Part shown: positions 12,401 to 27,400 of the stretch, piece by piece
Numbering within the stretch: the stretch's first letter is position 1
Layout: each line of letters begins with the position of its first letter
NCBI GenBank assembly: GCA_030141605.1
Contig: JAQGDQ010000802.1
Span: 29,894 to 93,893, forward strand
Origin: Tubiluchus corallicola
Lineage: Eukaryota; Animalia; Priapulida
Direction of reading: 5' to 3'
DNA: 64,000 nt
Made by a program: the position numbers and the translations under genes
The notes under the pieces: generated by a model
Told to the model about the DNA's origin: nothing
Databases searched by the model: none
What the model saw: only the letters and a program-made list of their open reading frames with translations

Positions 12401-15400
12401 CTGTGATAGGTGATTTTGGGTCAAGGTCGTGTGACAGGTTTCTGAGGTTAAAGTCTTGTGATAGGTTATTTGAGGTCAAGGTCATGTGACAGGTTTCTGG
12501 GTTTAAGGTCTTATGATAGGTTATTTGAGATCAAGGTCGTGTGACAGGTTTCTGAGGTTAAGGTCTTGTGATAGGATATTTGAGGTCAGGGTCATGTGAC
12601 AGGTTTCTGAGATTAAAGTCTTGTGATAGGTTATTTGAGGTCAAGGTCGTGTGGCAGGCTTCTGAGGTTAAAGTCTTGTGATAGGTTATTTGAGGTCAAG
12701 GTCATGTTACAGGTTTCTGAGGTTAAAGTCTTGTGATAGGTTATTTGAGGTCAATGTCGTGTGACAGGTTTCTGAGGATAAAGTCTTGTGATAGGTTATT
12801 TGAGGTCAAGGTCATGTGACAGTTTTCTAGGGTTAAAGTGTTGTGATAGGTTATTTGAGGTCAAGGTCATGTTACAGGTTTCTGAGGTTAAAGTCTTGTG
12901 ATAGGTTATTTGAGGTCAAGGTCATGTGACAGGTTTCTGAGGTTAAAGTCTTGTGATAGGTTATTTGAGGTCAAGGCCGTGTGACAGGTTTCTGGGGTTA
13001 AAGTCTTGTGATAGGTTATTTGAGGTCAAGGTCGTGTGACAGGTTTCTGAGGTTAAAGTCTTGTGATAGGTTATTTGAGGTCAATGTTGTGTGACAGTTT
13101 TCTGGGGTTAAAGTGTTGTGATAGGTTATTTGAGGTCAAGGCCGTGTGACAGGTTTCTGGGGTTAAAGTCTTGTGATAGGTTATTTGAGGTCAAGGTCGT
13201 GTGACAGGTTTCTGAGGTTAAAGTCTTGTGATAGGTTATTTGAGGTCAAGGCCGTGTGACAGGTTTCTGGGGTTAAAGTCTTGTGATAGGTTATTTGAGG
13301 TCAAGGTCATGTGACAGGTTTCTGAGGTTAAAGTCTTGTGATAGGTTATTTGAGGTCAAGGCCGTGTGACAGGTTTCTGAGGTTAAAGTCTTGTGATAGG
13401 TTATTTGAGGTCAAGGTCGTGTGACAGGTTTCTGAGGTCAAAGTCCTGTGATAGGATACTTGAGGTCAAGGTCTTTGATATTTTTTATTTTCAGAGACTG
13501 GAAAACGAAAGGAAAATTTTCGAGGATCTGGAATTCCAGCAGTTGGAAGCCGAAGCCAAGTTTGAGGAGGAACAAGAACAGCTTCAGACGGAGATGATGG
13601 CCGAACAGAACGTTCTCATTGAAAAGTATAAGGCAAGAGAGGTTTGTGTAGTGGGTGGCGGGAACGGCCTCTCCTTTCTTTTATTTTATTTGCATGTAGT
13701 TGATTTTACGCTTTTCTTTTATTTATAATAGCAGACTAACAGTTGCATTTGTATAGGGTGACACATTTTAATATACAGGGTGACTCATTTTGATGTACAG
13801 GGTGATTTATTTTGATGCACAGGGTGACCCATTTTGATGTACAAGGTGATTAATTTTGATATACAGGTGACCCATTTTGATGTTCAGGGTGATTCATTTT
13901 GATGTACAGGGTGACCCATTCTGATGTATAGGGTGATTCATTTTGATGCACAAGGTGACTCATTCTGATGTACAGGGTGACCCATTTTGATGTACAGGGT
14001 GACCCATTCTAATGTACAAGGTGGCTCATTTTGATGTACAGGGTGACTCATTTTGGTGTATTGGGTGACCCATTTTGATATACAGGGTGACTGATTTGTT
14101 GTGCAGTGTGACCTTTTTTCGATGCGATAATTTTTACCTGTCAATGTAAAACAGAAACTTCATAAATAGTTAAACAAACGATGTGAAAAAATATTGTTAA
14201 AAAGTGCGTGTCTGAAAGTTAAGTTAAATTTAAAAAGAGTTCGTCTTCAAAAATGGTTAGAACTCCTCAAAATTTTTTTGGCCGATTAAATTAGTTTTTC
14301 GCATTGCAAACTCGGAGAGAATTTTACGCATGCAGGTTTGTGAAAATGTTTAGCTACTGCGTATTGTTTAATGAAGAATCAAATGATGTCATTTATGAAT
14401 TATGCTATGTTTTGCTCGTTAGACTTTGAACTAAACTGTAGATGTTTCATATTTATGAGATGAAACAAGCAAATATTTCTGTATACAGTCATACCTCCGT
14501 TGTCGACCGTCTCCGTACTCGTACAAATCGGTTTTCGACCAGAAAATTCGAGCTGAAATTGTCTCCGCTTTCGACCAGAATTTCGGTACTCGACTAACCG
14601 CCAAGTGCGTGATGAACCGAGTAGAGCCGAGCGTAACCGACCGCGCCCGAGAGTAGTCTCGCGCAAAATTTGAATGTACAACATCGCTAAGTACTTTCTA
14701 CGCTTTTTCATGCAGGAACAATTATGTTTTTCTTTCTAATTAATTCTATTATGTTTTTCTTATCAATTATATCATATCTACTGTTTGAATAAACATTTTT
14801 GCATTATTATATTTCGTTTTAGTAATACTTTACTGTTAATTTAGTGCTTGAGAACGGATTATTTGCCTTTACATTATTCCTTATGGGAATAAATGATTCA
14901 GTTCTCAACGAAATCGGCTTTCAAACACTTTTTACGAACGAATTACGGTCAAAAACCGAGGTATGTCTGTATAACGAATGTGTGCTGTGTAACCTATCCG
15001 AAGACACGTTGTACAATTTTCATTTTCTGAGAATTGACGAGTTTTCACAACACATAATTTAAATATATTGCGAAAAACTTTTATATAAGTTTTTATATAT
15101 GTCATTATGCTAATATTATGAAGTACAGTGTAAATTTTTAGTAAAACATATGTAATATGAATTGTTTGCATACTAAATGAAACAGTCCTTATTTTGCAGG
15201 CGTGCGTTATTTTGATTTAACACAAATTTTTGGTTTTAATTGCTGTTGCTTATATTTTTATTATTTTTATTTGGGATGGAATTATTTCATTTTACTAGTT
15301 TGCACATTTTGTGGTTTGGGTTTCTTCCAAGCACATGCATGATCTACACACTAACCACGTAATTACATAATCGAAGTTCTTGGTTATCAGTTTATGCTAA

Positions 15401-18400
15401 AGTTTGCTTAAGGAATCGAGCTCTTGTTTATGTATACACTCACATCTCAGTTTGCCGGACCTCGCTTTTACGGATATCGAAAAAATTCGACAAAATCTGG
15501 ACCGTAAAAAGTCCAGCATACTATGAACGCCGTTCGTTATTTCGCGAGTGACCGCTAGATGGCGGGGCGTCATTTTTTACATCATTACATCAGAGCAACT
15601 AAGCAGCGTGTAATGACCGTATTTAACATAAATTATGGTGCATGAAAACGACATAAAAATAGTAGAAACTCATTGGCCACGCAAAAGTATCTTATTTAAG
15701 CACACGCAGAAAAATATTGAGTCAATTATGCGGAGTTATTTGAGTCAATTGCTGACAGTTTTATATACTTTTGCATAAGAGTGGCTCATACTACGTGTTT
15801 TTGAAACAATTAGGTGTTTGATTCTACATTACCATGAGTCAAATACACGGCGCCTACTGTTTTAGCTTAGTATCGGTAAATACAGACAAATTTGGAATCC
15901 ACATCACCCTTTTGTCCCGGAAAGAGAGTCATGAGTGTACTGTACTTAATAGATTTCAATAATTATTTTCAACCGATAACAGTTACCGTGTTCGATAAAA
16001 AGGAATAAAAGGGGGAATTCTAAGCTATGTCTCAAAAAATTATATGTCTCAAGATATATTAAATTACTTTGCATTACGTTTACCTGCTTCAAAGACTTGT
16101 GTAGCTACAAAAAAAAAACACATATTACTGATCTTGTTGATAAGATAGTTTATAATTTTGCTTAGTGAAGTGTATGCTACGAATGCTCTGGTTATTTTTT
16201 CAAAGTTTACGCTGTGTTATTTAAACCAATTTCAAAGACTTACCATTAACGGTTATCGCAGGAGTTTAAATTTATGAGTTTTGCACGGCATTGCTACAAC
16301 TCTGCTAAATTGAATAAAGCAGATAGTATGGCATGTATGAGTGACCAAGGGCTTGATTATATAATATAGTATAGTGCACTAATTGACTAAAACAGTACAA
16401 CAGCCTTTCATCGCTAGGGGTGAGCATTCTCTACCAGAAAGCGAATTCGAATCGAACAAGTTTTGGAACAAGTTTTATAACCACCAGTAAAAATTAGTCT
16501 TACAAAGATCATGCATATCACTAGATTTTGTTCTGCAATAAAACGACTAGTAATTTGTTTAAAATTGTGTGCAGAAATCACAACTAAATTATGCTAATTG
16601 CATGATGTTTCAATCGTTTTAGTGATAAAGAACATGCGTGATTGAAGTGCTGAATTATTGGAATCTATAGTTTTGGATTCGAATCGAGTTTGAAATAAAA
16701 AAACTCGTTCGAATCGAATTCGAGCGTTCGATGCTCACCCCTATTCATCGCTGTATAGATACGGGTCCGTTTATTACGCCTTGCGCTGTATTAACTCTTT
16801 TAACAAAAGAACGTGTTCTGATTGCTGCATTTAGGCTAAACTACAAGAAATCGACACTCAGCAACGAGACATGTTACATCAAGTCAAGTCGCAGACCGAA
16901 ATATTGGAGAAGAATCGGCAGAAGCTAGTCGAGGAATTTCGCAGGGTAGGTAAAGAGCAGAATAGAATAGAATAGAATTCTCTTTATATATATATATGTT
17001 TATTGACTGATAAAGAGATAGTCGAACATGATACTTTAGTTCAGTCCATAGATCACTACAAAAAACGACTTTTGATCATATAACATGATTATTACTGTCC
17101 AAAAACAGCTAAAGAGTTATTTACAAATTTACAATATAACTTTGGGTTTCCATCGAAAAATTCATGCAAATCGTTGAAGCTCAGTTCAGTGTTATCTTCA
17201 CGAAGGTGATTCGTAAGTGGACAGAAACAGATAACATTCTCTTCTGTTTGAATGTTTAAGCCAGAACAGGAGCATAGCCTGTCTGTTTACATAGAACACA
17301 TTAAATTGTATACACGGTATTTCTATAATGGTCCGTGACATGTTAGTAGTAGTTAAAATGTCAAACAGAACAGAATACCTTAAAATTAAACAAAGCTAAA
17401 AACCGACTGAAGTACTAAAACTGACGAATCATTAAATTATTTGTAAAATTAAATCTGGGCTGAAAGCTAAAGTTAGATAAAAATACTTAATTAAATAGAT
17501 TAAAGTTCCTTGCAAAATTAATCCTAATAAAAACAGAAATTAAACAACATTAGGTACAAGTATTAAATCAGACAAATTATAAGACACTTTGTAAAAAGTG
17601 TGCTTGCATATCAAAATCGTGCAAAAGTCGGGAATTAAGCTTTTCTAGTTATTCACAAATCCTGTATCTCCATTTCACGAGGATCATTTTAATACCAAGT
17701 TCATTGCTCTATGTTGTTTCAAAGCTGAGATAATCCATGTTGAAGTTGAGGTGCAGGCTGCGCACTGAAAAACGTAATCTTGAGAAAATCACTGTTAAAA
17801 TTAGCCATGACAGTAGAGTTACTCAGTGTTCTAAATTTATGTGATAAAACGGATTTCATAGCAGCGATAAACGATATTTTAAATGACACATTAATGAATA
17901 AAGGTTTTCGGTGACAACAATCACTGATGTTCTAAACAACACATCCAGGCAGTTCAGCAGAAAAAACTCAGTAAGCGGAAGCTAAATGCTTCTCATTCTG
18001 AACTAGTTATATGTAGAGTATTAGACTGTGCAATGCTGACTTATCACAGTTTGAATGCCTAATGGAGCGTTCACAGTAACGAGTTTTCTCTCTGACATCA
18101 ACTCGCATGTGCGAACCGTTCTGCAAGTTACTCTCGGCAGGAAATTTGAAACTTACCCACAAGTTCTACAAGTTCATTTCCTGCGAGTTACTGTCTAGTG
18201 TGAACGCCTCGGCGACACTTCTCGCACCGAATAGAGTGTCAGTTCGCACTTACTCCTCGGAAGGTGACTGTCGCAGCAAATTTTTCTCTCTAGTCTGAAT
18301 ATGCTTGAAAGTTACTTGGCGAGTTACTGAGCAAGAACATTTGCTAGTCTGACTGTCGCAGCAAATTTTTCTCTCTAGTTTGAATATGCTTGAGAGTTAC

Positions 18401-21400
18401 TTGGCGAGTTACTGAGCAAGAACATTTGCTAGTCTGAATACGCTTGAGAGTTACTTGGCGAGTTACTGAGCAAGAACATTTGCTAGTCTGAATACGCTTG
18501 AGAGTTACTTGGCGAGTTACTGAGCAAGAACATTTGCTAGTCTGAATACACTTGAGAGTTACTTGGCGAGTTACTGAGCAAGAACATTTGCTAGTCTGAA
18601 TACGCTTGAGAGTTACTTGGCGAGTTACTGAGCAAGAACATTTGCTAGTCTGACTGTCGCAGCAAATTTTTCTCTCTAGTCTGAATATGCTTGAGAGTTA
18701 CTTGACGAGTTACTGAGCAAGAACATTTGCTAGTCTGAATACGCTTGAGAGTTACTTTGCGAGTTACTGAGCAAGAACATTTGCTAGTCTGACTGTCGCG
18801 GCAAATTTTTCTCTCTAGTCTGAATATGCTTGAGAGTTACTTGGCGAGTTACTGAGCAAGAACATTTGCTAGTCTGAGTGCGTCGTAAGATTCATATGAC
18901 AGCGGTAGAATTGCTGAGATTCTAATGATTTTGTCGTAATTTCAGGAGAAGTTAAAGCTAGCGGCTCTGGATCGTCGCATCAAGCAAATGTCAGCGATCG
19001 GTCTCCTGACTCCCCTGGAAAGCGTGGACAACAGCGAAAACAACAGCGAGAGATCGTCAGATGCAGAAAACGACCACAGTTTGGTAAGTACAATTTTGTC
19101 ATTTGTGTGCTTGTATAGCAAAATCGTCCATAAGTCGGCAATTAAGCTTTTCTAGTTATTCATATATCCTGAATCTACATTTCATGAGGATCATTTTGAT
19201 ACCAAGTTCATGGCTCTATGTTATTTCTAAGCTGAGATAATCCACGTTGAAGTGGAGGTGCAGGCTGCACACTGAAAAACATAATCTTGAGAAAATCTCT
19301 GTTAAAGTCAGCCATTGTTTTTTGTCGCATTTACACGTACATTACAAAACACTTAGAAACTATACAAATGTTGGTTGCTACGGGCTTTGCAAGAACACAT
19401 TGAAGTTATGTTTAAACCCAGGAGATGGCTCTTCCTGACGAAGGTCTGGGCTTGACAACAGAAAAAACCTGAAGCAAAATGGCTGCTTCCATGAGCTACA
19501 ATGGGAGTTTGATAATACAAGTTTTTTACAATTGCAGTACTAGTTTCTAGACAGAAAAGTGAGTATGGGGTTATAAAATTAGATTTTTAGTATTATTTAA
19601 ACATTTTCTTGACAATTTAGTGCTTGAATATCACAGTCCAATATATTTAGCATTGATTTTTTACAAATAACCAAAAATTGACATTTGACCAAATTTTTGG
19701 TGCATTCTACTTTGAAGTTTCATAGCGTAGTTTTAAGTCTGCCGACTTATGGACAGTTTTGGTTTGCAAGCACACATTTAATTAAATATGAGCATTCTAT
19801 GTTTAAGTGCTTTGTATGTAGCACCATCTTGTGGCAGTTGTGAGAGTTAATGATAATCAGACAGAAAATGATTCCAGTTTGATACGTGTCGTTTTCGTTG
19901 TTTCAAGTGGAAATAAGAATGCTGTGCTTTTATGCATTGTGCGTGCTACCATCTAGTGGCAATTGTAGGAATTACGGAAAGTCATCCACTGCATTCCCTC
20001 GGCTAGAACACAACGATACAGTATCACAAATGGCGCATTTTATGAGGAAGTAAAGTTTCCCTAACTTGATTGCACGCCAAACAAATGTTAGCAAACCATT
20101 GTCTAGCAGCATAGTTAAGCTAGTTACTAAAGAAATCAAATTGGAATCGATTCAAATTTCTACCTTTCCAGATAGACAGATAATGTTATCTTTCTCTTGT
20201 AATACACGCAATAATAAACAGCTTCATATATATATAGCCTCAAGAATAAATTGTTATTATTAGTAAAAAGGGTGGCAAAAAAACCCCAGAGGTTATCAAA
20301 TCAGCCACCCTTTAATTAAAATTATAACAAGAATATTTAGAGACGAAATAAGCATACATTGAGAATATCAAACTGAAATAACTCTCTATAAACACTAGCG
20401 AATCGAATTTCAAGATTTCGAATTCGGATGGAATAGGAATTCAGGTTTTAAGATTTAGTGATAAATTTCAAGTCAACAAAAAAACTCGATTTAGCTCTGA
20501 GTTGATAAAGAATTAAAAAAAATATAAATGGAGATTTTACCGCTAAATTGTGCCGGAAGTTTCAAAAGTTTTAATGATATAAAGGACGAATGTGATTGAA
20601 ATGATGAGTTCTTCTAATTAATGGTTCTAGAATCAAGTTGAATTTAAACTAGTTGACAATGTTTCTGACGTGGTCAGAAACTGAAGATTTTGCAAACAAT
20701 AGTTGTAAAATTCAGCCTTAAAAATGAAGAGATGACAGCCTTTTTAAAAAATGCTCTTTTCTTTTATTGAATTGCTTGAATACACGGAAAGTGCATTTCA
20801 CCACGAAGTCTCAGCATTTAACTGTTCAGCCCATCACCCACGGGTCAAAGGTCAACAATCTTGGTATAACTTACATCATTGAGTTTGCCTCATCGAGGCC
20901 TTGCATTTGATATACAACAAGCTGCTTTTGGTAGACCCCGGAGGGCATTTGTCTCCTCGACCCCTATTTTGCCCCTAACTGGGTCACAGGTTAATGATTC
21001 ACACTGTAACTTACACCATTCGATTCGCCTCATCGCGACCTTTCATTTGGTATGCTACATGGTACTATTCTAAGACACTTGATGCACTTCAGTTCCCGAC
21101 CCATTTTTCAGTTTTTGTCCCTTGATGGGGTCACCGGCTAACTATTCTCATTGTAACCTTTGCCATTCGATCCGCCTCATCGAGACCTTTCATTTGATAT
21201 TGCTACAAGCTACCTTTGCTCAATACTTGGTGCACTTCAGTTCCCGACCCATTTTTCGGTTTTTACCCTCTTTGAGGCCTTTCATTTGATATGCTACATG
21301 GTACTATTCTAAGACACTTGATGCATTTCTGTTCCCGACCCTTTGGTTTTTGCCTCCTAGCGGAAAGTTTCTCCCGCCTTCAAATCACCCACATTTTGCC

Positions 21401-24400
21401 ATATCCAACAACTTGGCTCCACTTAACCACATACCAAATATTGTCACCTTAGCTCAAAAACTGTGGAAATAGATGGATCCTAAAGAAAAATAAATGAAGA
21501 CGCGACCGCTTCGTGACCTTTGACCCGGCAACTCGGGTCGTGTGTATACGTACCTATCTTTGGCCAGAGAGTGTACCCTGTGAATTTTGTGTCCCTAGCA
21601 CTCAGCATGTAAAAGGTCACAAATTAGAGGCACCCCAAATTTTGCATTTAGGCCCCTCACCCGGGCATTTAAAGCTTGTCAGGTTTTTAAAACCCCAGGT
21701 ACATACCTCCCCCACAGTGCTCAAATACTTGTGAAAAAAAATTAGAAAAAACCAAAAGCCCTAGGAGGAGATGCGACCTAACGGAAAAACTGACCGTTGC
21801 CCACTGTCCTTCCCCCCTTGATCAGTGGTCACTGGTTGTTATACTGTTGTACGTCCTCCGCCCAGGGCTACCAACCCTGTGAGTTTGGTGACCCCAGCTT
21901 GCAAAACTTACGAGTTATTAAGCGTTAAAGTGGCGGAGAATAAATAGATAATAATAAAAATAATAACTCAATGGAAAACAGTAAGATTTTGCTGTAGCAA
22001 TAACAAAATCGTAATAAAAAGTAATCCAGGAGTTAGCAAAGTCAAGCAGCATCGGGCCTGATAGTAATTCGATGAGTGACTATTTAGTAAACTGTTTTTC
22101 TTATTTTTTGCACTCTAATGTTTGATAGCAAACATTGTATAGCATCTTCTGTATTATACTCAGATGCAAAAATCAAGCAGCATTGGGCCTGATAGTAATT
22201 AGATGAGTGACTGCTTAGTAAACTGTTTTTCTTATTTCTTGCACTCTAGTGTTTCATAGCAAGCGTTGTATAGCATCTTCTGTATTGTGTTCAGATGCAA
22301 AAATCAAGCAGCATTGGGCCTGGTAGTAATTAGATGAGTGACTGCTTAGTAAATGTATAGCATCTTCGGTATTGTGCTCAGATGTAAAAATCAAGCAGCA
22401 TCAGGCCCGATAGTAATTAGATGAGTGACTGCTTAGTAAACTGTTTTAATGGGCCAACAGAACGTTAATTCATGTTTTAATACGTGCAGAATTAACACAA
22501 AGTGATTTCCATTCAAAATTGTCATTTCATTCTACTAAGTGGCACCAAGCATTGTCAGGTGTATTAAAATGCATCAAGGAGTGTCAAGGAAAGCGTTAAA
22601 CGCGTCAAGTAGCATCAAGAGTGGCACCAAGCATTGTCAGGGGTATTAAAATGCATCAAGGAGTGTCAAGGAAAGCGTTAAACGCGTCAAGTAGCATCAA
22701 GAGTGGCACCAAGCATTGTCAGGGGTATTAAAATGCATCAAGGAGTGTCAAGGAAAGCGTTATACGCGCCAAGTAGCATTAAGAGTGGCACCAAGCATTG
22801 TCAGGGGTATTAAAATGCATCAAGGTGTGTCAAGGAAATCATTAAACGCACCAAATAGCATCAAAAGTGTCAAGTCTTTACATTAAGGTCAATAATGGTG
22901 ACAAGCCGTGACTTTACATCAAACCGTCTCTGTATGTTCATCACTTAGCGGGACCGAAAAGCCCTTGACGCTTCTTGACACTCCTCCGCACTAATTAGCA
23001 GTATTTTTATTGCCTGTTAGAGAAGTATTGCCACGAAATGAAGAGTGTGGTTTTACCGATTATGTACATATGAAATTGATTTGTAATGTTTAACATCTGG
23101 TACAGCCAACGTTGCCAACAAGTCGGTCACGGCGCCGGCAACTCGTGACTAACGCTACTAATGTTTCACTTTCACCGATGCGAAGCTGTTTATTCGAATG
23201 TGTTATGCGAAGTTTACCCATTCCGATTCTCTAGTTACAGCATAGCTTACCAATTAAATATAATCTGTTGAAGTTTAAGATGTCAACTGCAGGAAATGCA
23301 CTGCGGCTTAACCTGAAACCCGAAACTTCGACGTTTTTGCGATTACTAGTCGCCCGAGCAAATGCTATCTGTTCTTTCACTCTCTGTAGAATGGTTAGTT
23401 TAAACATTATTTATTATAGGATTGGATCAGACAGTTTGAACAACATGATTTAGGATCCTCACCACAACAGACTTTATACACTATTTACAAGAACATTTAC
23501 AGTAAGAATAGACTATAACTACACAAGCTGACAAGTTTTACTACAAGATTACATTAGACATTAGTAACATTTACAGTAAGAATTGACTATAACTACACAA
23601 GCTGACAAGTTTTACTGCAAGATTACATTAGACATTAGTAACATTTACAGTAAGAATAGACTATAACTACACAAGCTGACAAGTTTTACTACAAGATTAC
23701 ATTAGACATTAGTAACATTTACAGTAAGAATTGACTATAACTACACAAGCTGACAAGTTTTGCTACAAGATTACATTAGACATTAGTAACACTTACAGTA
23801 AGAATAGACTATAACTACACAAGCTGACAAGTTTTGCTACAAGATTACATTAGACTTTAGTAACACTTACAGTAAGAAGTGACTATAACTGCACAAGCTG
23901 ACAAGTTTTACTACAAGATTACATTAGACATTAGTAACATTTACAGTAAGAATTGACTATAACTACACAAGCTGACAAGTTTTGCTACAAGATTACATTA
24001 GACATTAGTAACATTTACAGTAAGAATAGACTATAACTACACAAGCTGACAAGTTTTGCTACAAGATTACATTAGACATTAGTAACACTTACAGTAAGAA
24101 GTGACTATAACAACACAAGCTGACAAGTTTTACTACAAGATTACATTAGACATTAGTAACACTTACAGTAAGAATTGACTATAACTACACAAGCTGACAA
24201 GTTTTGCTACAAGATTACATTAGACATTAGTAGAAAATGACGGTTAGAAAATATTAATGTACGAATATTTAAGACTCTGATGCATTTCATATCAGACAGA
24301 AATTACTGGAAGCGTTTAGTACGTAATATAAAGTCACGTATGCATTGGAATATTTTACAGTTAGTAACAGTTAAATTCATCTTTTCCGAATAATAACAAC

Positions 24401-27400
24401 TTCAACAGATCATTAGTTCCTAAGGCAGCTATATTAAGGTTTTCGGGCAGAAGTATTTCACTTAATTTATCAAACGTAACAACCCTAGTTTGTTGATACA
24501 ATGGGCAGTGCAACAAAAAGTGTTCAACAGACGCAAATCGAAATCCACAGTTACAATTCGGCAACATTGGATGACCGTTATTATCTTTACAGCCTTTAGA
24601 GAAAATGTCGTAGTTTAGCTAGTTTAGTCTGTAGAATGGTTATATTATGTTTGTAGCTGTAGAGGCTAGTAGGACAGAGCCCAAAGACGGGAATGAATAG
24701 ATTAACATACATTAGGTCTTTGCTTGAAGTTTCTAGACTTATGACTTGCTGTTTAAGGTCACAACCTTGACCTTTCTTCTCTGTGACCTCGGTGATTGGC
24801 CTTGTGGCTCTGCAAATGTATCTATCCTGGTGAATTTTCTAGACAGTTCAACACGCACCTTGGCATGGTATTTTTTTATCATGACGTATGCAAGATTAAA
24901 TAAGTTATGTAATTACCATGACCGTTTACATTTTAATCGGATTCGTTAAGTTGTGCTGTCACCTTGACCTTTTACCTTGTGGATTCATTAAGTTGTGTTG
25001 TGACCTTGACCTTTTACCTTTTGACCAGATTCAGCAAATTGTTTTGCGACTTGACCTTTTATTTTTTGAGCAGATTTAATAAGTTATGCATTTACCGTGA
25101 TCATTTACATTTTAATCAGATTCATTAAGTTGTGCTGTGACCTTGACCTTTTACCTTTTGATCGGATTCATCAAATTGTTTTGCCACTTGACCTTTTATT
25201 TGTTGAGCACATTTAATTAGTTATGCAATTTTAATCGGATTTTTTAAGTTGTGTTGTGACCTTGACCTTCCTATTTTTTGATCTGATTAATCATGTCACT
25301 TTTGACCTTGACCTGCTTTACTGAGTTACGCCGTGACTTCGCTTTTGAAATAAATGGAACTCACCAGATGTTTTGTCCATAACTTGCAGGATAATGGATA
25401 ATTGTGGGTGTTGATTTAGCCATTCCACCAATACGACATGTTATTTCAATTTCTTCCGGCGCATTTCTCAGCCTGAAATTGCACCGATGTCATTGGGAAA
25501 GTTTATGGTTAGCGTTAGAAATCTGGTAACCGTAGAACTTTGACATTGAATTCCTCCACTCACTCCACTCGTAGGAACCCGGACACAACGGGAGCAGGTG
25601 CACCGTGTAGTCGAGGGTTCATCTAGTGAAGGGGCACTCGTAACGTATCGATAACCTCGGCGTTATAGACGTCATTTTCCTTTATTAAAACCAAAGTTTC
25701 CTTGTTTGCTTGCTGTGCAAATAAGCACACTGCGTAGAGTCAATATTGGTCTCAAATACGTTGATTTTTCTGTGTGGTTTGTTTGTGTGTTTGTAATTTC
25801 ATTGAATTCGATGTAGTTCAGCTGCTGAGGGCTTGTGCGGGGGTGCGTGCTTCGTGCGGCCGTCATTTATTTCTGTAGAAATGTTTACGTCATTTTAAAA
25901 TATTATTGGTGGTCGTGTGTGGCACGTGTTCAACTGTTGTTGTGATTGTAGCATTTGTAAGTGCCAAGGATCGAAAGAGGGTTTATAATTTGAGTGTTTT
26001 TTGCCGTGTTCTAAAGGAGAAGTAGTCGGCGCTTTATTTTTGTGTGTTTAATAAAATCTGAAAAGACAGCAACGATGGTATATGGTATTCCAATACGGGA
26101 AATCTTTTCTATTTTTGTTTTAATAAAATCTGAAAAGACAGTAAGAAAGAAAACATCTTAGGAAGTACCAACAACAGGAAAACAATGGTATATGGTATTC
26201 CAATGCGGGAAATCTTTTCTATTTTTGTTTTAATAAAATCCGAAAAGACAATAACAAAGAAAACATCTCGGGAAGTACCAAAACCAGGAAAACGATGGTA
26301 TATGGTATTCCAATGCGGGAAACCTTTTCTATTTTTGTTTTAATAAAATCCGAAAAGACAATAACAAAGAAAACATCTCGGGAAGTACCAAAACCAGGAA
26401 AACAATGGTATATGGTATTCCAATGCGGGAAACCTTTTCTATTTTTGTTTTAATAAAATCCGAAAAGACAATAACAAAGAAAACATCTCGGGAAGTACCA
26501 AAACCAGGAAAACAATGGTATATGGTATTCCAATGCGGGAAACCTTTTCTATTTTTGTGTGTTTAATAAAATCCGAAAAGACAATAACAAAGAAAACATC
26601 TCGGGAAGTACCAAAACCAGGAAAACAATGGTATATGGTATTCCAATGCGGGAAATCTTTTCTATTTTTGTTTTAATAAAATCCGAAAAGACAATGACAA
26701 AGAAAACATCTCGTGAAGTACCAAAACCAGGAAAACAATGGTATATGGTATTCCATTGCGGGAAACCTTTTCTATTTTTGTTTTAATATAATCCGAAAAG
26801 ACAATAACAAAGAAAACATCTCGGGAAGTACCAAAACCAGGAAAACAATGGTATATGGTATTCCAATGCGGGAAACCTTTTCTCTCACTAAATGCTATTA
26901 AAGTTCCAAATGTTAGTTTTTTTTGCTGAATGGAAATTATGTTACTCTCAGCTAACTTTCAAGTTGTTGAAGAATTAGGAATTTTGAACCCTCTTCATTT
27001 ATTATGCAAATGAATGTGAAATTTCGCCGTAACTCTTTGCCTCTACGCTTTATTTGAACCGAAAAGCCGAGAGCTTCTTCCGTATTTCTCTAACATGAAG
27101 GCTGTGTTTAAATTAAACTGATTATTGGTGCTTTTATGTCAAAGATTTCTGCTATGATGAAAGTGCAATACTGAAAGTTTATGTTTCTGTAATATTGTTA
27201 TTGTTTTATTGGCAAATTTTATTATTGCACCCAATAAAATCACAATTACTGCAACATCATATGGAGATTTAAAGCGCAAGAAAACCCTTCATAAAGCTTG
27301 AAAAATTCGTTTTGAAATTTTATATCACTTACATCCTGCCTTTTTGCATGCAGGACTTCAATCGGCAGTCACGCTGTATAAAACATGTAAATTTAAACTC

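Noticed and set aside
22038-22447. Functional 5S rRNA genes
   Set aside because: Only a diverged ~45-bp central part matches; the 5' and 3' helices are absent.
25575-25639. Possible extra exon (TRTQREQVHRVVEGSSSEGAL)
   Set aside because: The open frame needs phase-1 entry but the preceding exon ends in phase 0, and the splice sites are weak.
12340-26883. Regular arrays superficially like CRISPR
   Set aside because: Units are contiguous with no unique spacers, there are no cas genes, and the context is eukaryotic introns.
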